This document shows, in pieces, positions 59,193-64,000 of a DNA stretch of 64,000 nt. This DNA comes from Amphiscolops sp. MND2022 (Eukaryota): NCBI GenBank assembly GCA_964187785.1, contig OZ076409.1:80230001-80294000 (forward strand), in the 5' to 3' direction. The notes under the pieces are model-generated. The model had not been told where the DNA came from. It was given only the letters and a program-made list of their open reading frames with translations, and made no database searches. The first letter of the stretch is position 1, and each line of letters starts with the position of its first letter. The position numbers and the translations under genes are program-made.

Positions 59193-59451
59193 TTTTTCTT
59201 TGATTTACGTTTGCCAAGAAATTTTGTGCGGTAGTTGTTTTATCGACCAGTTGTGTTTTCCACTTGAACGCACCGAAGGCGCTTTGCGTATTTGTTATTC
59301 CACTTGAATGCTACTTTCATTCCAAAAATTTTGCTACACAAATTTTCTCTATTACCATCCACAGCAACACAGCAACGCTGGCTCCGCATATAGAGGTTAG
59401 TGAATTTTTGCTTCATGACAAATATTTTCCATGAAAATTTTTGTACAATGA

Positions 59452-59772
59452 TTTTTATTTTGTTAATTTTTCAGTTGTGAAAAAAGGCTGATTTTTAGAT
59501 GGTTTGATTGGTATTTTGTGAAAAAGATTAATTTTTTAATGGTTTTACGAGCTTAAATTTTTCTTGTATATTAGGAACGGCTAATTTTTTAATTGTGAAA
59601 AAAGGCTAGATTTTGATGATTTGCCTTGAAAAAAGGTTAAAGTTTGATGATTTTACGAGCTTAAATTTTTTATTTTTTAATAGTGAAAAAACACCAATTT
59701 TATCGTTTTTTTTGGAAAAAATGCTTAAATTTAGGGTTTTTATATATTAGGAACGGGAATTCGATTACTACT
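59452..59772 (-). repeat. Right TIR of the Polinton
   Basis: Ends in ...GATTACTACT, followed by the TSD TTCAAC. Confidence 0.95.
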
Positions 59773-59899
59773 TTCAACTTTAAGGGTGTTACCCATAGAA
59801 TTCAACTCACATAAATTTAGCTTCGTGCGATATGTAATTGTAGAGATTTTTGGAGTTTTTTGAAATGACGAAAATGACCCCTTAATGACGAAATGACCC

Positions 59900-61200
59900 C
59901 TTAATGACGAAATGACCCCGAAAATGACAAAAATTCCCAAATTACTCAATTTTTTAACGTTTTAATGCAATTTTTGTCATTTTTTTGAGAGACACCGCGA
60001 ATTAGAATGTTGAAAACGTTCAACAGGGCACGAATTCATTCTCCAATAGTCTTCTATGAAAAGATAAATGCAATTTTGTACCAGAAAATTGACCCCAAAA
60101 ACCTCAAAAAATCCAAAATTTTCTGATTTTTAACAATTTTAAGCAATTTTTGTAAAATTTTCGACATACTTCGTTAATTAAAATGTTGAGAACGCTCAAC
60201 ATGGCACGCATTTGCTGTCCGGTAGGCTTTTCAGAAAAGATAATGGCTTTTTTCCTAATGAAAAAGGTCTCAAATTGATACCGAAAATAACTAAAAAACC
60301 CGAAACTTTCCATTTTTCAAGTTTTTAAATGCATTTTTGTCAAATTTCCGACAAACTTCGTAGATTAGAATGTTGAGAAGCGTCAGCAAGAAAAACGTAT
60401 TAGTCCAGTAGGCTTTTCTATAGAATTTATTGCAGTTTTCTTAATGAAAAACATCTCACAATGGCCCCGAAAAAAAACAGAAACCCCAAAATTTCTCAAT
60501 TTTTACCGTTTTCATGCGTTTTTTGTCAATTTACTGATAAACATCGCAAATTAGAATGTTGCAAACGTTCAACAAGGCACGATGTTGTTGTCCAATAGTT
60601 TTCTAGGAAGAGATAAATGCGGTTTTGTCAGAGAAAATTGACCCAATAAATTTTCCCAATTTTTAACGATTTTATTCAATTTTTGTCAAATTTTAGTAGG
60701 ACTTCGTTGATTGGAATGTTGAAAAAGGTCAAAGTGGCCCGTATTGGCAGTCCAGTAGGCTTTTCCGAAAAGATTATTTCTATTCTCTAAATGAAAAAGG
60801 TCTCAAATTGAAACCGAAAGTGACAAAAAACCCAAAACTTTCTATTTTTCGAATTTTTTATGCAAATTTTGTCACATTTTCGACAGACTTCGTAGATCAG
60901 AATGTTGCGAAGCGTAAGCAAGGAACAATATTGGTCCAAAAAGTTTTTCCGAAGAATTTAATGCAGTTTTCTAAATGAAGAAAATCTCAAGTTGGCACCA
61001 AAAACGACAAAAAACCCAAAATTTTCCTATTTTCAATAGCTATGGAGAACACCTTCCAAAGGAAAGTGTTTCAAGCTATATCGTGGGTTAGAATGGTGTA
61101 AGCAATAAACAACAACTAAACTCGGTGTCCAGTAGGCCTATTTGTGAAAAGACATCTGTAGATTCATGTCAGAAAAGTTCCTCAAATTGATCCCAAAGTT
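59900..61200 (+). repeat. Diverged ~160-190-bp satellite-like array, ~7 units
   Basis: An ATTAGAATGTTG-like anchor recurs at ~60001, 60177, 60365, 60550, 60710, 60896 and 61088. Confidence 0.8.
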
Positions 61201-64000
61201 GTCAGAAAAACTTCCAAATTTTGACACCTTTGATGGAACTATGTGCAGAAATATACCAACCAGGGACCGCTCAAGATCTTTAAACTTGCAAATGACCTAG
61301 TTTCAATCCTAAACCATTTTCTCAGTGCCAAAAATAATCCCAATAAAAACTCCTGAGACTCTGAAACCACTTTTTTCCCAACAAGATTTTCAGAACGTCA
61401 GATTTTTGATTTTCGGTAAAATCCTATGAAGGCGGAACAAGTTTCAGCGCACAATCTACCTTTTTTATGCCGAATACAGCTATGAAATCAAGGGGCTACG
61501 CTTTGACCAAATGAAAATTTCGGGAAGAGGCACGGAGCCGAAAAAAAAACTGAAATGATGTATTTTCAACAGTCAATAAGAGACTCCATCAGTTCCACAT
61601 GACTAAAATTAACGGAAAGGTCACCCGTAAGACTCGGAAAACTTATTTCTTTCACAGAAAACCTCAAAAACTAAAAATTGCAAAAAAAAATATTTTTCGA
61701 AAATTGTTTTCGAAAAAAATGAAAAATTTCACTCGGTAAGTCGCATAGTGTCGAAATTACGAAAACTGGCCAGCTATCGCAGAAATACTAAAATAAAGGT
61801 GTTCCCTCACAACTGGGCAAAGATGAATCGAAGCTTTCTTTTCTTCGAACTTCTTAGCGTTTTTATAGTGCATCAGTTATCCTTGAGCCTCAAATTTATG
61901 TAGTTGTAGAACAGTTCGGGCGGAAAATATCTCGCTGCTCAGAGGGCGTCTTGTAGTTTCATCTCTCGCTGGGTTCAACCCCGTTTGAGTCATTAGCAAA
62001 TTGCAAGATTGGTTTTCAGCCTAATGACCAACATAATTTCATTGTCGAAGTCGAAATATTATCAATTTCACATCAGCAAGTGAAAGTTCAATGTTCAAGT
62101 GCAAATATTAAAGCCTTTGTAAATAGAGCATTACCAGTTTTGGAACTCAAATGTTTCGGAACCAATAGAGGTTTCGGAGTTCATATGCAAGTAACAAAAG
62201 CACCAGTTCATTTTCATCATGGCTCGGAATTCAAAACGAACTGAACTATAATGTGAACAAGAGGTGCAGTTTGTAGCACTGCGGTTTTTTTGTATACTGT
62301 TTCGAAAATCTTTTACGAAACTCATCTGTTTGAAGACGAACAAGCAACGGAATAGTTTCAACGAAATTGACTCTAGAGATGGGGAAATGGGCTCACGCAA
62401 ACTTGTATATAGGATTCTGAGAGGCAAAATGAAAATAAGCACTCCTACGCTCATTCTCTTTCTGCAAGAGTTAACTCGGAACAAGCATCATTCCGGATGA
62501 AGCGTCATTTTGTCGTTATTCCCGTTCTGGCCAAAACAATTTTAATACATTTGAATTTGAAAACGAACAAATGTTTGAAAAACTATTATTTCGAACCCTT
62601 TTATACCTGTCTGTCTTCTCAAGACAAAAATCATGAAAAACGGCAGCAACTTTAATTTAGCTCTTTCTTCATCGACATATATTTTGTCCGAAATAGGCCT
62701 TGTCATAGTTAAGAACTTCATAGTTCAATTTGAAAAGTTACAGAAGCTTGACAAGGCTTTTGTTGTCAACTCTCAAGCTGGAAGACTCTACTAGATATGT
62801 ACTCTACTACATAGTATGTTAAGAACTTCAAACAACCAAAAAACTCGTTTTAGTGATTTTTTTGGAACATTTTCATCCAAAAAATCTGCAAATAACCAAA
62901 AATTGCAAAAAGTGTGACTCTTTTGGCCCAAAAACTTTATTATCTGGGAAACTTTCAAAAACCGAAGTAGTGAACCTCTGGTTAAAAACTCATTGGCACT
63001 GTGGTGATATTGTTTGAACTCTATCACAACGAGAAACTTTAAGGGGTTAGTTCATAAAAATCGCACAGTGCCAAAATTATCTAAGGGTGTGACCCTTCAT
63101 GCTCAGAATCAAACACTTTGCGTGTGGGAAAAAACTTCTTCGGTAAGTCGCACTGTGACGAAAAAAAAGTCGCACAGTTGAGAGCTTTAAAATTTTCGCT
63201 TTTGAGTGGGACTCGAACCCATGTACTCCTACCCAGACCTCGTGACAAGGCCTGAAAATCCGTGTTAACCTCCAGGTCAAGTGAAGTTATAGAAGTTATA
63301 AAAGTTATGGCAGAAACTGGATAGTAAAACGAGAAAAAATTCTCGGCTAAACCTAAGATTTTTTTAATGAAAACGGAAATGTTGAAATTTTGGGGAAAAG
63401 TCCCACAGTGTCGAAAAGAGAAGCAGGAACGTTCCATATACATAAAATGAACATTGAGAAAATTGTCAGTTGTCCCACAGTACTAAAAAACAAGAGTCAC
63501 TTGAAGACTCCAAGAACGGTTTTCCTCAAAAGAAAACTCCAAAAAAATCAAAAGATGAATAAATTTTTGTTCGATTTTTTTTCAAAAAAATTACGATAGA
63601 AAACCTTCGGTAAGTTGCACAGTGCCGAAAACCCTGAGGGTAGCCTCTATGCTCGCAACGAAAAACGAAAAAGGTTACAATGTCAATTCTTTTCAATCAG
63701 AATTATTCACTTCACCTGAAGGATGATGAAAGTACGCATCGGAGTTGGTAGAAACACTGAGAACAACTCAATTGGTGCGATTCAAACTCCGTTCTGCTGC
63801 TAACCAAGGACGTGGGCTAAAAGGAACCGTGAGATTAAAATCACCCACTCATCTCACCATCTGAAGAAAAGCGCTAGAGAAAGCTGGACCCAAAACAAAG
63901 TCACCGAGATAGTCACTTGTTGTACTTCATCCTCAGGAAGGAATTTACCAAATCGAGTTCGTAACGATCAAGTAACGGACATCAAAAAAGCAAAACCGCA

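Larger units (their letters stand above)
42995..59772. mobile_element. Complete Polinton/Maverick (endogenous polintovirus), 16,778 bp
   Basis: Termini AGTAGTAATCGAATTCCCGTTCC / GGAACGGGAATTCGATTACTACT. 6-bp TSD TTCAAC at 42989-42994 and 59773-59778. Contains pPolB, integrase, protease, ATPases and both capsid genes. Confidence 0.97.

Overview
AT-rich, repeat-dense animal genomic DNA with one clear host gene, an intronless Frizzled-family Wnt receptor (38185-40164, +). The rest is mostly mobile DNA. (1) A full-length Ty3/Gypsy (Mag-like) LTR retrotransposon (10714-16676, -) with 239-bp LTRs, a GCTCT target-site duplication (TSD) and three in-frame stops. (2) A decayed, 5'-truncated APE-type LINE (about 21772-25549, -) inserted into a MITE-like element. 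(3) Solo LTRs, a hAT-type MITE, several Helentron/DINE-1-like non-autonomous repeats and a diverged ~180-bp satellite. (4) A complete Polinton/Maverick endogenous virus (42995-59772) with AGTAGT termini, ~320-bp TIRs and a TTCAAC TSD. It encodes a cysteine protease, minor and major capsid proteins, an integrase, a protein-primed PolB and two A32-like ATPases. Its most unusual features are: a second, membrane-anchored ATPase beside a zinc-finger-fused one; about a dozen ~20-nt GC-rich double mini-hairpins (often GNA triloops) scattered through it, many in-frame inside genes; a TAAATG start motif on 8 genes, including a palindromic head-to-head pair; and several other hairpin or repeat structures. 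All calls come from reading motifs by eye; no database searches were run.
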